Notes: generated by a model from the sequence alone, not told the origin. A DNA stretch of 64,000 nucleotides from Thermoanaerobaculia bacterium (GCA_035627015.1 DASPMO010000081.1:8339-72338), one strand, 5' to 3'; positions 32,821 to 46,583 are shown, counted from the stretch's first letter. A program made the numbers and translations.

Positions 32821-34826
32821 CGGGTGTGATGATGATGGTGGCGGTGCTGGCCTCGTGCGCGCAGCAACCGCAGGTGCCACAGCCGGTCGAACCGGAGCCC
32901 GTTCCCATCGCGGCCGTCGAAGAGCCGCAGCCTCCGCCGCCGCCGCGCGACCTGGCCCGCAACGCGCTGGCGCTCTTCGATAAAAAAGAGTGGAACGCCG
33001 CCGTGCCCGCGCTGACCGAGGCCGCGGCCGCGTATCCGGAGATCGCGCCGTTCCTGCGGCTGCGCATCGCGGAGGCGGAGGTGGCGCGCGGCAACGTGCA
33101 GAGCGCGGTGGCGCTGCTCTCGGAGATCATCGCCATCAGCGACACCTCCGCGGCCACCGTGGCACGGCTGCGCCTTCCGGTGCTCTACGCGCAACTCGGC
33201 GACCGCGCGGCCACGGACTCCGCGTGGGCGCAGGCGAATGCCGTGGCCATCGACGAGCTGACCGAGACCGACTTCGTGAGCATGGCCAACGCGCTGGCGA
33301 AAGCGGGACGCACCGACCTCGCCACGAGCACGCGCATGCGCCTCCTCACCACCTATACGCAGGGCCGCTACACCGAGCAGACCTTCGATCATGTGAAGGG
33401 GGAGCTGGCCGGCCTGCCGCCGGCGGAGCGGCTCGCGCTGGCCGCGAAGCTGGCGCGCGCCGACCGCTACGACCAGGCCCTGTCGCTCCTCCCCGCGGAC
33501 GCACCGGAGGCGCGGGCCACGCGCATCCGCGCGCTCTTCAACTCGCGGCACTACTCCGAGCTGCTCGCGGAGACGGACGGGGTGAAGCTCGGCGATCCCG
33601 CGCTCGTGCTGACGCGTGCCCGCGCGGCCTGGCGCGCCGACTCGCCGGCGCTCTTCCTGGCCGGCCTCGACGCGGTCGAGAAAGAGTTCCCCGCGAGCAA
33701 GGAAGCGATCGAGGCGAAGATCCTCCGCGCCAAGTACTACACCACCGACGTCATCGACTACGCGCGGGCGGTCGACAATCTCAGCAAGGCCATCGATGCC
33801 GGGGCCGGCGACGAGCATCTCTGGAACCTCGGCTGGACGTACACGCTCTGGGGCAAATACGACGAGGCACTCGCGGTCTACGACCGCTACATCCGCGCGT
33901 ATCCCGACGGCGACTGGAAGACGAACTCGCTCTTCTGGTCGGCGAAAATCCACGACCGGTTCGGACGGACGGCCGAGCGCGACGCGAAGGCGGCCCAGAT
34001 CGTGGCCGAGTATCCGTTCAGCTACTACGCGTACCGCGCGAAGGAGCTGTGGCCGAGCATCCGGATGACGGAGACGAAGTCGCTGGCGACGTTCCCGGAC
34101 GTCGACGTGTCGGCGCTGAACGAGCCGCGCCTGAACGTCGTCCGCGCGCTGCAGGACGTCGGCCTCGACCGCGCGGCCGCGCGCGAGATGAAAGTGCTCG
34201 CGGCGAAATACGACAGCAATCCTGCCGTGCAGTTCATGCTGGCCGACGTCTACGTGCGCGGCGGCGAGCCGTTCAAGGCCAACGGCGTGTTGCAGCGGCG
34301 CTTCCGCGAGTTCGTCCGCCATGGCGGCACGAACATCCCGCGCCGCTTCTGGGAGATCCTCTTCCCGCTGGCCTACTGGGACACCATCAGGGCCGAGGCG
34401 GAGAAGCGCGGACACGACCCGTACATGCTGGCGTCGATCATCCGGCAGGAGAGCGGCTTCGAGCCGGCCACGGTCTCGAACGCGGGCGCGGTCGGGCTGA
34501 TGCAGATCATGCCGGCCGAGGCGTCGCGCATCGGCACGGCCGGCGGCCTCGGCGAGATCACGCGGAGCGATCTCTTCATTCCGGAGAAGAACATCGCCGT
34601 CGGCGCGGCGGAGCTGTCGCAGAAACTGGCCGCGACGAACAACAACCTCACCCTGGCCATCGCCGCGTACAACGCCGGCGAGACGGCGGTGCAGCGGTGG
34701 ATGTCGCGCACCTCGCCGGAGGAGATCGACCTCTTCATCGAGTCGATCCCGTACGCGGAGACCCGTTTGTACGTGAAAACGGTAACTCGCAACCGCAATG
34801 AATACAGAAGGATCTACGAGCGCTGA
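32799..34826 (+). CDS. soluble lytic murein transglycosylase (Slt70-like superhelical domain plus SLT catalytic domain), lipoprotein signal
   Basis: Catalytic region ASIIRQESGFEP...AVGLMQIMP...AAYNAG. N-terminus VMMMVAVLASC (lipobox-like). RBS GAGGGGG before ATG 32799. Confidence 0.85.
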   Translation: MGQGRGVAGVMMMVAVLASCAQQPQVPQPVEPEPVPIAAVEEPQPPPPPRDLARNALALFDKKEWNAAVPALTEAAAAYPEIAPFLRLRIAEAEVARGNVQSAVALLSEIIAISDTSAATVARLRLPVLYAQLGDRAATDSAWAQANAVAIDELTETDFVSMANALAKAGRTDLATSTRMRLLTTYTQGRYTEQTFDHVKGELAGLPPAERLALAAKLARADRYDQALSLLPADAPEARATRIRALFNSRHYSELLAETDGVKLGDPALVLTRARAAWRADSPALFLAGLDAVEKEFPASKEAIEAKILRAKYYTTDVIDYARAVDNLSKAIDAGAGDEHLWNLGWTYTLWGKYDEALAVYDRYIRAYPDGDWKTNSLFWSAKIHDRFGRTAERDAKAAQIVAEYPFSYYAYRAKELWPSIRMTETKSLATFPDVDVSALNEPRLNVVRALQDVGLDRAAAREMKVLAAKYDSNPAVQFMLADVYVRGGEPFKANGVLQRRFREFVRHGGTNIPRRFWEILFPLAYWDTIRAEAEKRGHDPYMLASIIRQESGFEPATVSNAGAVGLMQIMPAEASRIGTAGGLGEITRSDLFIPEKNIAVGAAELSQKLAATNNNLTLAIAAYNAGETAVQRWMSRTSPEEIDLFIESIPYAETRLYVKTVTRNRNEYRRIYER

Positions 34827-34880
34827 GGAATCTGGCACACTAGTTGACACGAGGGCTTCGTCATAACGACAGGCGGAGTT

Positions 34881-36260
34881 ATGAATGCCTCACTGATTCG
34901 TGTCTCGCTCCTCTCTCTCCTCATCACCGTCGACGCCGCCGCGGCGACGCAGCTCCTGCTGACACGCGGCGACCAGAGCGAGCAGAACGCCGAGTACACC
35001 GGCGTGGTCGACCTGGTCATCGACCCCGGCATCGAGAGCGCGAAGGTGACGGTGACGGTGGACGGGCAGAAGGTGGCCACCAACCTCCTCGCGCCGTACC
35101 GGCTGACCGTCGACTTCGGTCCCGCGCCCATGCAGCACAAGATCACGGTGACGGCGACGGCCTCCCGCGGCAAGCGCGCGCAGTGGACGACGACCATCAA
35201 CCGCGGCAACCTGCCGCTGTCGCTCCGCCTCAAGCAGATCGACGCGCGCACGTTCGAGGCAATCACGACCTCGCCGAAGGATGACCCGGTGGAGCTCGTG
35301 CAGCTCTGGGACAACGGGCAGGTGGTGAGCGAGACCAGGAGCGAGCCGTATCGCCTGACCGTGCCGGACGCGGTGCTGGCGAACGGGTTCGTGCAGGTGA
35401 CGGCACGGACGAAGTCGGGCGAAGAGGCGGCGGACTTCTGGTCGGCCGGCGGCGAGGTGGTGGCCGGGGAGATGCAGGTCCGCACGATTCCGATCTTCGT
35501 CTCGGTCGTGGACCGCAACGGCAACACGCGCGACGACATCGATCGCTCGCAGTTCCGCGTCATCGACAACGGCGCGGAGGCGAAGATCCTCGAGTTCGGC
35601 AAGGCCTTCGACCAGCCGATCTCGATCGCGCTGCTGCTCGACGCGTCGGCCAGCATGACCTATTCGATGAAGCACGCCGCGAAGGCGGCCTCGGACTTTG
35701 TGGAGAAGGCCCTCAGGAACGGCGACCGCTGCAGCATCACCGCCATCCAGGAAGTGCCGCGGCGCAAGCTGGCTCTCACGCACGACCGCGCCGAGATCGG
35801 CAAAGCCGTGCGCGACATCCAGCCGAACGGACAGACCGCGCTCTACGACGCGCTCATCACCGCCATGCGCGAGCTGCGCGACGAGAAGAACCGCCGCGCC
35901 ATCGTGGTCATGACCGACGGCGGCGACACGGCGTCGAACTATTCGTTCGAGGACGCGCACAAGATGGCCCGCGAGGCGGGCATCCCGCTGTACTTCATCG
36001 CCTACGAGGGAGCGAACTCGGCGCGCGAGCTGGAGCGCCTGAGCTTCCTCGCCTCCGAGACCGGCGGCTTCATCGCCACCGCCACGCAGCAGAACCTGAT
36101 GGCCAAGTACGAAGCCATCGAGAAGGACCTGCGCGCGCAGTTCGCGATCACATATCAGGTGTCGGATTTCGGGAAGGCGAATCAGTACCGGCGGGTGCAG
36201 GTGATGCTGGACTCGCCCAAACTCACCGCCCGAACGATCAAAGGCTACTTCACGCCATAA
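34881..36260 (+). CDS. VWA-domain protein of the VWFA-related acidobacterial type
   Basis: Signal peptide MNASLIRVSLLSLLITVDAAAA. Pattern IPIFVSVVDRNGN...FRVIDNGAEAKILEF...ISIALLLDASASM with the DxSxS MIDAS motif, plus GQTALYDAL and VVMTDGGDT. Confidence 0.75.
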   Translation: MNASLIRVSLLSLLITVDAAAATQLLLTRGDQSEQNAEYTGVVDLVIDPGIESAKVTVTVDGQKVATNLLAPYRLTVDFGPAPMQHKITVTATASRGKRAQWTTTINRGNLPLSLRLKQIDARTFEAITTSPKDDPVELVQLWDNGQVVSETRSEPYRLTVPDAVLANGFVQVTARTKSGEEAADFWSAGGEVVAGEMQVRTIPIFVSVVDRNGNTRDDIDRSQFRVIDNGAEAKILEFGKAFDQPISIALLLDASASMTYSMKHAAKAASDFVEKALRNGDRCSITAIQEVPRRKLALTHDRAEIGKAVRDIQPNGQTALYDALITAMRELRDEKNRRAIVVMTDGGDTASNYSFEDAHKMAREAGIPLYFIAYEGANSARELERLSFLASETGGFIATATQQNLMAKYEAIEKDLRAQFAITYQVSDFGKANQYRRVQVMLDSPKLTARTIKGYFTP

Positions 36261-36262
36261 TA

Positions 36263-36370
36263 TGGAGTGCGGCAGCGCAAGCTGCCGCTCTTCTTCGCGG
36301 CAGCGCAGGCTGCCGCCGCCGCAGCTCGCGCTGCGGCATAGAAAGCGGCGACTGGCGTCGCCGCACTCCA
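36263..36370. repeat. family-1 palindromic intergenic element, copy D (fills the VWA-mfd spacer)
   Basis: (A)TGGAGTGCGGCAGCGCAAGCTGCCGCTC ... CATAGAAAGCGGCGACTGGCGTCGCCGCACTCCA(T), flanked by TA on both sides. Confidence 0.85.
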
Positions 36371-36373
36371 TAA

Positions 36374-39772
<3,399 letters not shown>

Positions 39773-39955
39773 TCACGAAATGTCTCTATCGCAGTGCCGT
39801 CACGTGCCCGATTTTAGGGTGCATGAAACGACTGACGGCAATCGACCGAGACCGGCACGATCGTCGTCCACATCCCGCAGTGCAGCTGAGGAGCCTGTGG
39901 AGCGCCGGCGCTCCACCACCATCCACCAGCTTCACTTCCCATGAAAGGAACCAGC

Positions 39956-40432
39956 ATGAAAAAGCATCTCGTCCTCGTCGCAGCAGCGTTGTTCGTCCTC
40001 GCGGCGCTTCCCGCGTCCGCACAGCAGTTGTGGGGAACCGCCGGGTCGGTCGGCATCATCGACGAAGCGTCGCTGAACCTCTTCGAGCTCAGCGGCCAGT
40101 CGCTGCAGTTCAAGGCCGGCGCGGTCGGCACGATCGTGGCGCGCTACCCGATCGACGGCGACATCCAGAACCCCGGCTGGGGCTCGTGGTGGATCGCCTA
40201 CGCCGGAGCGGGCGTCACGGTGCGGCTCAAAGAGGTCCAGGAGTGCGGCATCACCGAGGCGACCATCGCCACGTTCAACAACCCGAACACGCCCGAGGCC
40301 AACATCTGCATCAGCGACTTCTGGGGGCCCTTCACCTGGAACTTCGCGCAGAAGTCCTATTACCTCGAGGTGACGCTGACCCGCGCCACCACCGCCACGA
40401 ACCCGCGTTTCAACCGCCTGCAGTTGCAGTGA
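39956..40432 (+). CDS. small secreted hypothetical protein
   Basis: RBS GAAAGGAA before ATG 39956. Signal peptide MKKHLVLVAAALFVLAALPASAQQ. Followed by a canonical terminator. Confidence 0.6.
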   Translation: MKKHLVLVAAALFVLAALPASAQQLWGTAGSVGIIDEASLNLFELSGQSLQFKAGAVGTIVARYPIDGDIQNPGWGSWWIAYAGAGVTVRLKEVQECGITEATIATFNNPNTPEANICISDFWGPFTWNFAQKSYYLEVTLTRATTATNPRFNRLQLQ

Positions 40433-40440
40433 CGAATCGA

Positions 40441-40470
40441 ACAGGGCGGGCGGAAGCCCGCCCTGTTTTT
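40441..40470 (+). terminator. intrinsic terminator
   Basis: ACAGGGCGGGC-GGAA-GCCCGCCCTGT followed by TTTTT. Confidence 0.85.
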
Positions 40471-40489
40471 GCTACACTCCGGCGCGTCC

Positions 40490-41389
40490 GTGCTCGCCCG
40501 CCGCGCCGTCATCCTGCTGCTCGTTCTGCTCTCCGTATCCGTCGGCTGTGAGCGCAAGCCTGCCATTCCTCCCGACGTGATCGTGCGCGTGAACGAGCGC
40601 ATGCTCACCCTGGCGGACTTCAAGCGCTACCTCGAGCGCAACACCGGCACGGAGCTGGCGCAGCTCACGCCCGAGGTCGCGAGCGCGCTGCTGGACCAGT
40701 TCGTCGAGGAGATCATCCTCTCCGAGTACGCGGCGTCGCACGGCGTCGAGGTGCCGAGCGAGAAGATCGCCGAGCAGGTGCGCACCGAGGCCGGCGCCAC
40801 GGTCATCGAGAAACGCGACGAGATGCGCCGCGAGAAGCTCATCGCCAACCTCACCGCCGAGGTCGGCCAGCCCTCCGAGGCGGAGGTCCGCGCCTACTAC
40901 CAGCAGCACCCCGGCGACTTCCGCAGCGGCGAGGAAGTGCGCGTGCGCCAGATCCTGGTCAGCGACGAGACGCTGGCCAAGAGCATCCGCGAGCAGTTGA
41001 AAAAGGGCGCCCCCTTCGAAGAGCTCTCGGCGCAGTACTCGCGCGCGCCGAATGCCAAGCGCGGCGGGGAGATCGGCTTCGTCAGCCGCGGCGAGATCCC
41101 GAAGATGTTCGAGGAAGAGATCTTCCGCCTCGCTCCCGGGGAGATCAGCGAAGTCATCCGCACCGATTCCAGCTTCCACATCTTCAAGGTCGACGAGCGC
41201 CGTCCGCCCGGCACGCTCGACGTCGAGGCCGCCACGCCGATGATCGTGGCCCGCCTCCGCGAGGAGGCTCTCCGCGAGCGTCTGGCCCAGCTCGTCGCCT
41301 CCAGCCGCCGCGAGATGACCATCGCCGTCCTGACCCGCCGCCTCCCCTTCCGCTACTCCGGCGCCCTCCCCCGTTCGGAAGACGAATAA
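40490..41389 (+). CDS. parvulin-type peptidyl-prolyl isomerase (SurA/PrsA-like), probable lipoprotein
   Basis: VLARRAVILLLVLLSVSVGC lipobox. PPIase core EVRVRQILV...GGEIGFVSRGEIPKMFEEEIF...SSFHIFKV. GTG 40490 is preferred over the TTG at 40469, which lies inside the terminator. Confidence 0.8.
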   Translation: MLARRAVILLLVLLSVSVGCERKPAIPPDVIVRVNERMLTLADFKRYLERNTGTELAQLTPEVASALLDQFVEEIILSEYAASHGVEVPSEKIAEQVRTEAGATVIEKRDEMRREKLIANLTAEVGQPSEAEVRAYYQQHPGDFRSGEEVRVRQILVSDETLAKSIREQLKKGAPFEELSAQYSRAPNAKRGGEIGFVSRGEIPKMFEEEIFRLAPGEISEVIRTDSSFHIFKVDERRPPGTLDVEAATPMIVARLREEALRERLAQLVASSRREMTIAVLTRRLPFRYSGALPRSEDE

Positions 41390-41440
41390 ATCCCCTCGGA
41401 ACTTGTTGTCTCCGCTGACCGTCTCACCCGGAGCACCATC

Positions 41441-42421
41441 ATGAAAAAGACCATTCTTCTCCTCGCCATCGCCCTCACCTCGCTCACCGCATCCGCTGCC
41501 GAGGTCCTCGAGGGGATCGTCGTGCGCGTCGGCGACCGCATCGTCACCCGCACCCAGTACGAGCGCCGCCTCCGCGATGCCTTCACGGAGATCGAGCGGA
41601 ACGTGCGTCCCGACCAGGCCGCGGCCGCCCGCGCGGACGTGCGCAAGCGCCTCGTCGACGACCTGATCAGCGAGCTCCTGATCCGCGAGCGCGCCGACCG
41701 GCTGAACATCACAGTCACCGACGGCGAGGTGAAGGAAGCGATCGAGCAGATGAAGCAGCAGTACGGCATCACTTCCGACGAGCAGTTCGAGAAGTCCCTC
41801 CGCGACAGCGGCCTGAACCGCGCCGAGATGGAAGCCCGCCTGCGCGAGACCATGACCACCCGCAAGGTCTTCGGACGCGAGCTGCGCCGCAGCGAGATGA
41901 CCGACGCCGAGCTGCGCGAGCGCTACAACCGGGAAAAGGAGTCGTACCGCCTTCCCGAGCGCGCCCACCTGCGCGAGATCGTCATCCTCAAGCCGGAAGG
42001 CGATCCGGCCAAGTTCGAGGAGGCGCGCCAGCGCGCCGCCGACCTGGCCGAGGCCGCGCGCAAACCCGACGCCGACTTCAAGAACATCGCCTCCACGATG
42101 TCCGAGTCCGGCACCCGCGACAAGGGCGGCGACCTCGGCGAAGTGGCCAAGGGCGACCTCGTCCCCGACCTCGACAAGGCGGTCTTCAGCGCCCCGTCGG
42201 GCACGATCATCGGGCCGCTCGAGACCAAGTCCGCGTGGCACATCATGCTCGTCGAGCAGCGCCTCCCCTCGGAAGTGCCGGCGTTCGAGTCCGTGAAGGA
42301 CCGCTTCCGCCGCGACGCCACCGAGGAGACCTTCCAGCGCGACTACGAGAATTACATCCAGGCGCTGCGCAAGGAAGCCTTCGTGCAGATCAACCAGGAG
42401 ATGATCCCGGCGGGCGACTGA
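41441..42421 (+). CDS. SurA-like periplasmic chaperone / parvulin PPIase
   Basis: Signal peptide MKKTILLLAIALTSLTASA. SurA N-domain-like helix region. PPIase core AHLREIVIL...GGDLGEVAKGDLVPDLDKAVF...SAWHIMLVE. Confidence 0.8.
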   Translation: MKKTILLLAIALTSLTASAAEVLEGIVVRVGDRIVTRTQYERRLRDAFTEIERNVRPDQAAAARADVRKRLVDDLISELLIRERADRLNITVTDGEVKEAIEQMKQQYGITSDEQFEKSLRDSGLNRAEMEARLRETMTTRKVFGRELRRSEMTDAELRERYNREKESYRLPERAHLREIVILKPEGDPAKFEEARQRAADLAEAARKPDADFKNIASTMSESGTRDKGGDLGEVAKGDLVPDLDKAVFSAPSGTIIGPLETKSAWHIMLVEQRLPSEVPAFESVKDRFRRDATEETFQRDYENYIQALRKEAFVQINQEMIPAGD

Positions 42422-42545
42422 AGCCCGCCGTTCCACCTCTTGTAGCGCGACTGCACAAGTTTCGTTGCCCTCGGGAGAGCCAAATTTCCCTCAGCGGTAG
42501 ATTCCGTAGGACTGCTTGACACTGCCCACTTAGAGTGGCTGTGTC

Positions 42546-43268
42546 ATGAGCAGCCTCGAAGAAGCCCGCCGCGCCATCCGCAACACGCGCCCCCGCCGCA
42601 TCGTCGTCCTCACCGGGGCCGGCGTCTCCGCCGACAGCGGCATCCCCACCTTCCGCGGCGCCGGAGGTCTCTGGCGCAACTTCCGCGCGGAGGAGCTGGC
42701 CACTCCCGAGGCGTTCCGCCGCGATCCCGCGCTGGTGTGGGAGTGGTACGAGTGGCGCCGGAAGCTCATTCGCGAGGCGAAGCCGAATGCCGCGCACGAG
42801 GCGCTGGCGCGGCTGCCCGCGGCCGTCGTCGTGACGCAGAACGTGGACGGCCTGCACGCGCGCGCCGGCTCCCGCGACGTCGTCGAGCTGCACGGCAGCA
42901 TCCTCCGCGTGCGCTGCGTGCAGGAGGGGACGACGCAACTGCGCGAGGAGCCGTTCGAGGCCCTCCCGCCGCACTGCGCCTGCGGCGCGCTGCTCCGGCC
43001 CGATGTGGTCTGGTTCGGCGAGATGCTGCCGGAGGCGGCGGTGGCCCGCGCCACCGCGGTGGTGCGCTCCGCCGACCTGCTGCTGGTCATCGGCACGTCC
43101 GGCGTCGTCTATCCCGCCGCCGGCTTCGTGACCATGCACGCGGGACTCTCGATCGAGATCAACCCCGAGGCGAGCGCGGTCAGCTCCGCCTGCACGCTGG
43201 CAGTCGCCGAGCGCGCCGCGGTGGCCGTTCCGCCGCTCGTCGACGCCATCCTGGAGGCACAGTCATGA
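42546..43268 (+). CDS. cobB: NAD-dependent protein deacylase (Sir2 family)
   Basis: VVLTGAGVSADSGIPTFRGAGGLW, TQNVDGLH, LHGS, Zn-site CxxC-like C...CACG, GTSGVVYPAA. Confidence 0.9.
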   Translation: MSSLEEARRAIRNTRPRRIVVLTGAGVSADSGIPTFRGAGGLWRNFRAEELATPEAFRRDPALVWEWYEWRRKLIREAKPNAAHEALARLPAAVVVTQNVDGLHARAGSRDVVELHGSILRVRCVQEGTTQLREEPFEALPPHCACGALLRPDVVWFGEMLPEAAVARATAVVRSADLLLVIGTSGVVYPAAGFVTMHAGLSIEINPEASAVSSACTLAVAERAAVAVPPLVDAILEAQS

Positions 43269-43939
43269 CCTACCTCATCCGCGAAATGCCCGTCGACGAC
43301 CGCCCGCGCGAGCGCATGTTCAGGCACGGCGCGAAGACGCTCTCCGACGCCGAGCTTCTGGCGGTAATCCTCGGCACGGGCGCGGCCGGCAAGAACGCCA
43401 TCCACCTCGCCCAGGAACTGCTCCACGACGGCGGAGTGCAGGCCCTCTCCACCCGCGACTTCGCCACCCTGGCCGGCGCACGCGGCGTGGGCCCCGCCAA
43501 GATCGCCCGCATCGGCGCCGTGGTGGAGCTGTCGCGCCGCATGGCTGCCACGCCGAAGGAAGAGCCGAAGCTCTACAGCGCCGGCACTCTTGGCAGACAG
43601 CTCGTGAAGACCTACAGCCATCACACGCAGGAGCGCTTCAGCGTGGCGCTGCTGGATGCCCGCCAGCGCATCATGAAGCATCGCGAGATCTTCGTGGGCA
43701 CGCTCGACCGGACGCTCGTCTCGACCCGCGAGGTGATCCGCCTGGCCGTCATCGAGCACGCCAAGGGCGTGGTCATCTACCACAACCATCCATCGGGAGA
43801 TCCGTCGCCGTCCGAGGACGACGTCGTCTTCACCAGGAAGCTGCGCGAGTCGCTGGAGATCGTCGACATCGACTTCGTCGATCACCTCATCATCGGCGCG
43901 CAGGGCTTCGTGTCGCTCAAGGAGCGGGGCACGCTGTGA
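43265..43939 (+). CDS. radC: RadC-family JAB/MPN domain protein
   Basis: DRPRERMFRHGAKTLSDAELLAVILGTG and JAMM motif HNHPSGDPSPSEDD. ATGA overlap with the cobB stop. Confidence 0.9.
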   Translation: MTYLIREMPVDDRPRERMFRHGAKTLSDAELLAVILGTGAAGKNAIHLAQELLHDGGVQALSTRDFATLAGARGVGPAKIARIGAVVELSRRMAATPKEEPKLYSAGTLGRQLVKTYSHHTQERFSVALLDARQRIMKHREIFVGTLDRTLVSTREVIRLAVIEHAKGVVIYHNHPSGDPSPSEDDVVFTRKLRESLEIVDIDFVDHLIIGAQGFVSLKERGTL

Positions 43940-43941
43940 CG

Positions 43942-45042
43942 TTACGTGCCGGCCACGGCCTCGTACGCCTCGACCGGCGAGACCCAGCCGAACCGGTCCG
44001 GCGCGGTGCCGAACTGGATGCCCTGGATCTCGTCGAAGAGAAGCTTCGTGACCGGGCCGAGACCGCGGCCGCCGACCGGCAGCACCCTGCCGTCGGCGAA
44101 CACCAGCTCGCTGATGCCGATCACCGTGGCCGCCGTACCGCACGCGATCGCTTCCGTGATCGCGCCCGACTGCACCTCGCGCGCGACGTCGTCGATGTCG
44201 ATGTCCTGCTCCCGCGACGGGATGCCGAGCGACTCGCCGAGGACGAGCAGGCTGTCGCGCGTGACGCCCGCCAGGATGGTCCCGTTCAGGGTCGGCGTGA
44301 TCAGCTCGCCGTTGCGCACGAAGAAGACGTTCATCCCGCCCAGCTCTTCGACGCGCTGGCGCCGCACGGCGTCGAGGTAGAGGACCTGGCTGCAGTTCTT
44401 CTTCTTCGCGTCGGTGATGGTCTTCAGGGTCACGGCGTAGTTCGCCGCCGCCTTCACCGCCCCGGTCCCGCCGGGTGCCGCGCGGACGGTGGCCTGCTCG
44501 ACGTACACGGGCACCGTTCCGGTCCCCGAGGGCACGTCTCTGAAGTAGCCGCCCGACGGGAGGGTGATGACGAAGAAGATGAACTCACTGGAGCTGCGGA
44601 CGCCGAGGCAGGGCTCGGTGCCGATCATGGTGGGACGGATGTAGATCGTGCCCGGGGGCTCGGGGACGAAGTTGCGGTCGATGTCGACCAGCTTGTGCAC
44701 GGCCTCGAGGAAGAGCTGCTCGTCGACCTGCGGCATGCCCATGCGCGCCGCGGAGACGTTGAAGCGCTTCGCGTTCATCTCCGGACGGAACAGCGCCAGC
44801 TTGTCATTCGGGTGCCGGTACCCCTTCAGCCCCTCGAAGATGGCCTGGGCGTAGTGAAAGACGTTCGTGGCCGGGTGGAGCGAGAAGTTGTGCAGCGCCT
44901 CGATCCGCGGGTTCTGCCACTGCCCGCCCTTGTACTCCGCGACGAAGAAATTCGGCGTGCACATCCGGCCGAACTCGAGGTCTTTCGGATCGAGCGAATA
45001 AGGCGCGGTCTTCGTGGGCGAGAGATTGCCGATTCTGATCAC
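43942..45042 (-). CDS. ilvE: branched-chain amino acid aminotransferase (class IV)
   Basis: 366 aa. FHYAQAIFEGLKGY, IRPTMIGTEP, AVKAAANY, EELGGMNVFFV. Confidence 0.9.
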   Translation of the reverse strand: MIRIGNLSPTKTAPYSLDPKDLEFGRMCTPNFFVAEYKGGQWQNPRIEALHNFSLHPATNVFHYAQAIFEGLKGYRHPNDKLALFRPEMNAKRFNVSAARMGMPQVDEQLFLEAVHKLVDIDRNFVPEPPGTIYIRPTMIGTEPCLGVRSSSEFIFFVITLPSGGYFRDVPSGTGTVPVYVEQATVRAAPGGTGAVKAAANYAVTLKTITDAKKKNCSQVLYLDAVRRQRVEELGGMNVFFVRNGELITPTLNGTILAGVTRDSLLVLGESLGIPSREQDIDIDDVAREVQSGAITEAIACGTAATVIGISELVFADGRVLPVGGRGLGPVTKLLFDEIQGIQFGTAPDRFGWVSPVEAYEAVAGT

Positions 45043-45147
45043 GGTGGTTCCTTCCGGACGGCGGCGGCTCGGGTACCGCTTTGCGCACGATATCCCCGTG
45101 ACCGCCCCGATTCAAGCACATCCCGAAATCAATAGACTGCGCGGGAG

Positions 45148-45933
45148 ATGGACCTGAAAGACAAAACCGTGGTGATCACCGGCGCCTCCAGCGGCATCGG
45201 CCGTGCCACCGCCCTGGAGATGGCCCGCCGCGGCGCGAACGTGGTGCTGGCCGCACGCCGGGCGGAGCAGCTCGAGGAGGTGGCGGCGCGCTGCCGCGCC
45301 CTCGGCGTGAGCGCCCTGGCCGTGGCCACGGACGTGACCCGGCCGGAGGATTGCCGCCGCCTCGCCGACGCCGCCGGCGAGGTGGACGTGCTGGTGAACA
45401 ACGCCGGCTTCGCCGTCTTCGCGCCGGTCCCCGACGCCGAGCCGGCCACCCTGCGCGAGATGATGGACACGAACTTCTTCGGCATGGTGCACTGCACGCG
45501 GGCCGTACTGCCGCGGATGCTGGCCCGCCGGAGCGGGACGATCGTCAACGTCGGCTCGATCACCGGGCTGATGGGATTCGCCCGCATGACCGGCTACTGC
45601 GCCACCAAATTCGCGCTGGTGGGATTCACCGAGGGGCTGCGCGACGAAGTGCTCGGAAGCGGCGTGAAGGTCGCATTGGTCTGTCCCGGCACGACGGACA
45701 CCGAATTCTTCGTCCGGGCCGAGGAAGGTAAGATGCCGGGCGCGTCGCGGCTGATGCTGGCCGTGAAGCCGGAGCGGGTTGCGCGCGCGGTGTGCGACGC
45801 CGCGGAGGACGGACGGTACCGGCGGATCCTCCCCGCCCTCGCCGCGATCTACATGCGCATGAAGGAAGTGTTCCCGCGATTCGCTCACATGCTGTTCCGC
45901 TTCACCTCCGCGCTCCTGGAGCGGAGGAAATGA
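45148..45933 (+). CDS. short-chain dehydrogenase/reductase (SDR)
   Basis: TGASSGIGRATA, NNAG, catalytic YCATK. Confidence 0.85.
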   Translation: MDLKDKTVVITGASSGIGRATALEMARRGANVVLAARRAEQLEEVAARCRALGVSALAVATDVTRPEDCRRLADAAGEVDVLVNNAGFAVFAPVPDAEPATLREMMDTNFFGMVHCTRAVLPRMLARRSGTIVNVGSITGLMGFARMTGYCATKFALVGFTEGLRDEVLGSGVKVALVCPGTTDTEFFVRAEEGKMPGASRLMLAVKPERVARAVCDAAEDGRYRRILPALAAIYMRMKEVFPRFAHMLFRFTSALLERRK

Positions 45934-46583
45934 ACCGCCGCCGCACCACCCCCGGCACGCTCGTCCTCTTCGTCGCCATCGTGATCGGCTTCGTGCTCGA
46001 GGTCGTGAACGGGGCCTGGACGAACCCCCGGATCCTCTCGGAGATGGGTGCGATCGTCCCCGCCTACGTGCACGAGGGGCAGTACTGGCGCCTGCTCAGC
46101 GCGATGTTTCTCCATGGCGACGGCACCGTGCGCGGCACGCTGCTGCACCTGGTCATGAATCTCTTCGCGCTGTTCCAGCTCGGCAGCCTCTACGAGGTCA
46201 TGTTCGGCACGCGGCGCTTCGTCTGGATCTATTTTCTGACCGGCATCGCCGCCTCGGCGGCCAGCTTCATGCGCCTGCCGCTCTTCGGCTCGTCGGTCGG
46301 CGCGAGCGGCGCGATCTTCGGGGTCATGGGGGCGTTCGTCTTCTCGGTCTGGCGCTCGCCGCGCTGGCGGCACGACCCCGTCGCGCGCAGCATCGTCAAG
46401 CAGTGCGTCTTCTGGATGATCGCCAACATCGTCATCGGCCTGAACATCCCGCAGATCGACAACGCCGCCCACATCGGCGGCCTCGTCGCCGGCATGCTCC
46501 TCGGCGCCCTCCTCCCCCACCCCGCGCCGCCGCCCGCCCCGCCCGCGCAGGTGGTGATCGACGTCGCGCCGCGCGACGACTAA
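45930..46583 (+). CDS. rhomboid-family intramembrane serine protease
   Basis: HLVMNLFAL, catalytic GASGAIFG, AHIGGLVAG. ATGA overlap with the SDR stop. Confidence 0.85.
   Translation: MNRRRTTPGTLVLFVAIVIGFVLEVVNGAWTNPRILSEMGAIVPAYVHEGQYWRLLSAMFLHGDGTVRGTLLHLVMNLFALFQLGSLYEVMFGTRRFVWIYFLTGIAASAASFMRLPLFGSSVGASGAIFGVMGAFVFSVWRSPRWRHDPVARSIVKQCVFWMIANIVIGLNIPQIDNAAHIGGLVAGMLLGALLPHPAPPPAPPAQVVIDVAPRDD

Noticed and set aside
25472-34850. Other long shadow ORFs: 25472..27880 (+), 28289..30793 (+), 32502..34850 (-); also 3523..5220 (-), 3642..5780 (+), 40472..42436 (-), 50188..51354 (-), 51683..53338 (-), 55179..56465 (-)
   Set aside because: Each is antisense to, or out of frame with, a gene that has family-specific motifs. 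They show the high-GC shadow composition and lack RBS or start-site context.
39897-39916. Perfect 20-nt palindrome GTGGAGCGCCGGCGCTCCAC downstream of mfd as its terminator
   Set aside because: No T-tract follows it. It lies 40 nt upstream of the next gene's ATG, so it could instead be an operator. There is not enough evidence for either call.
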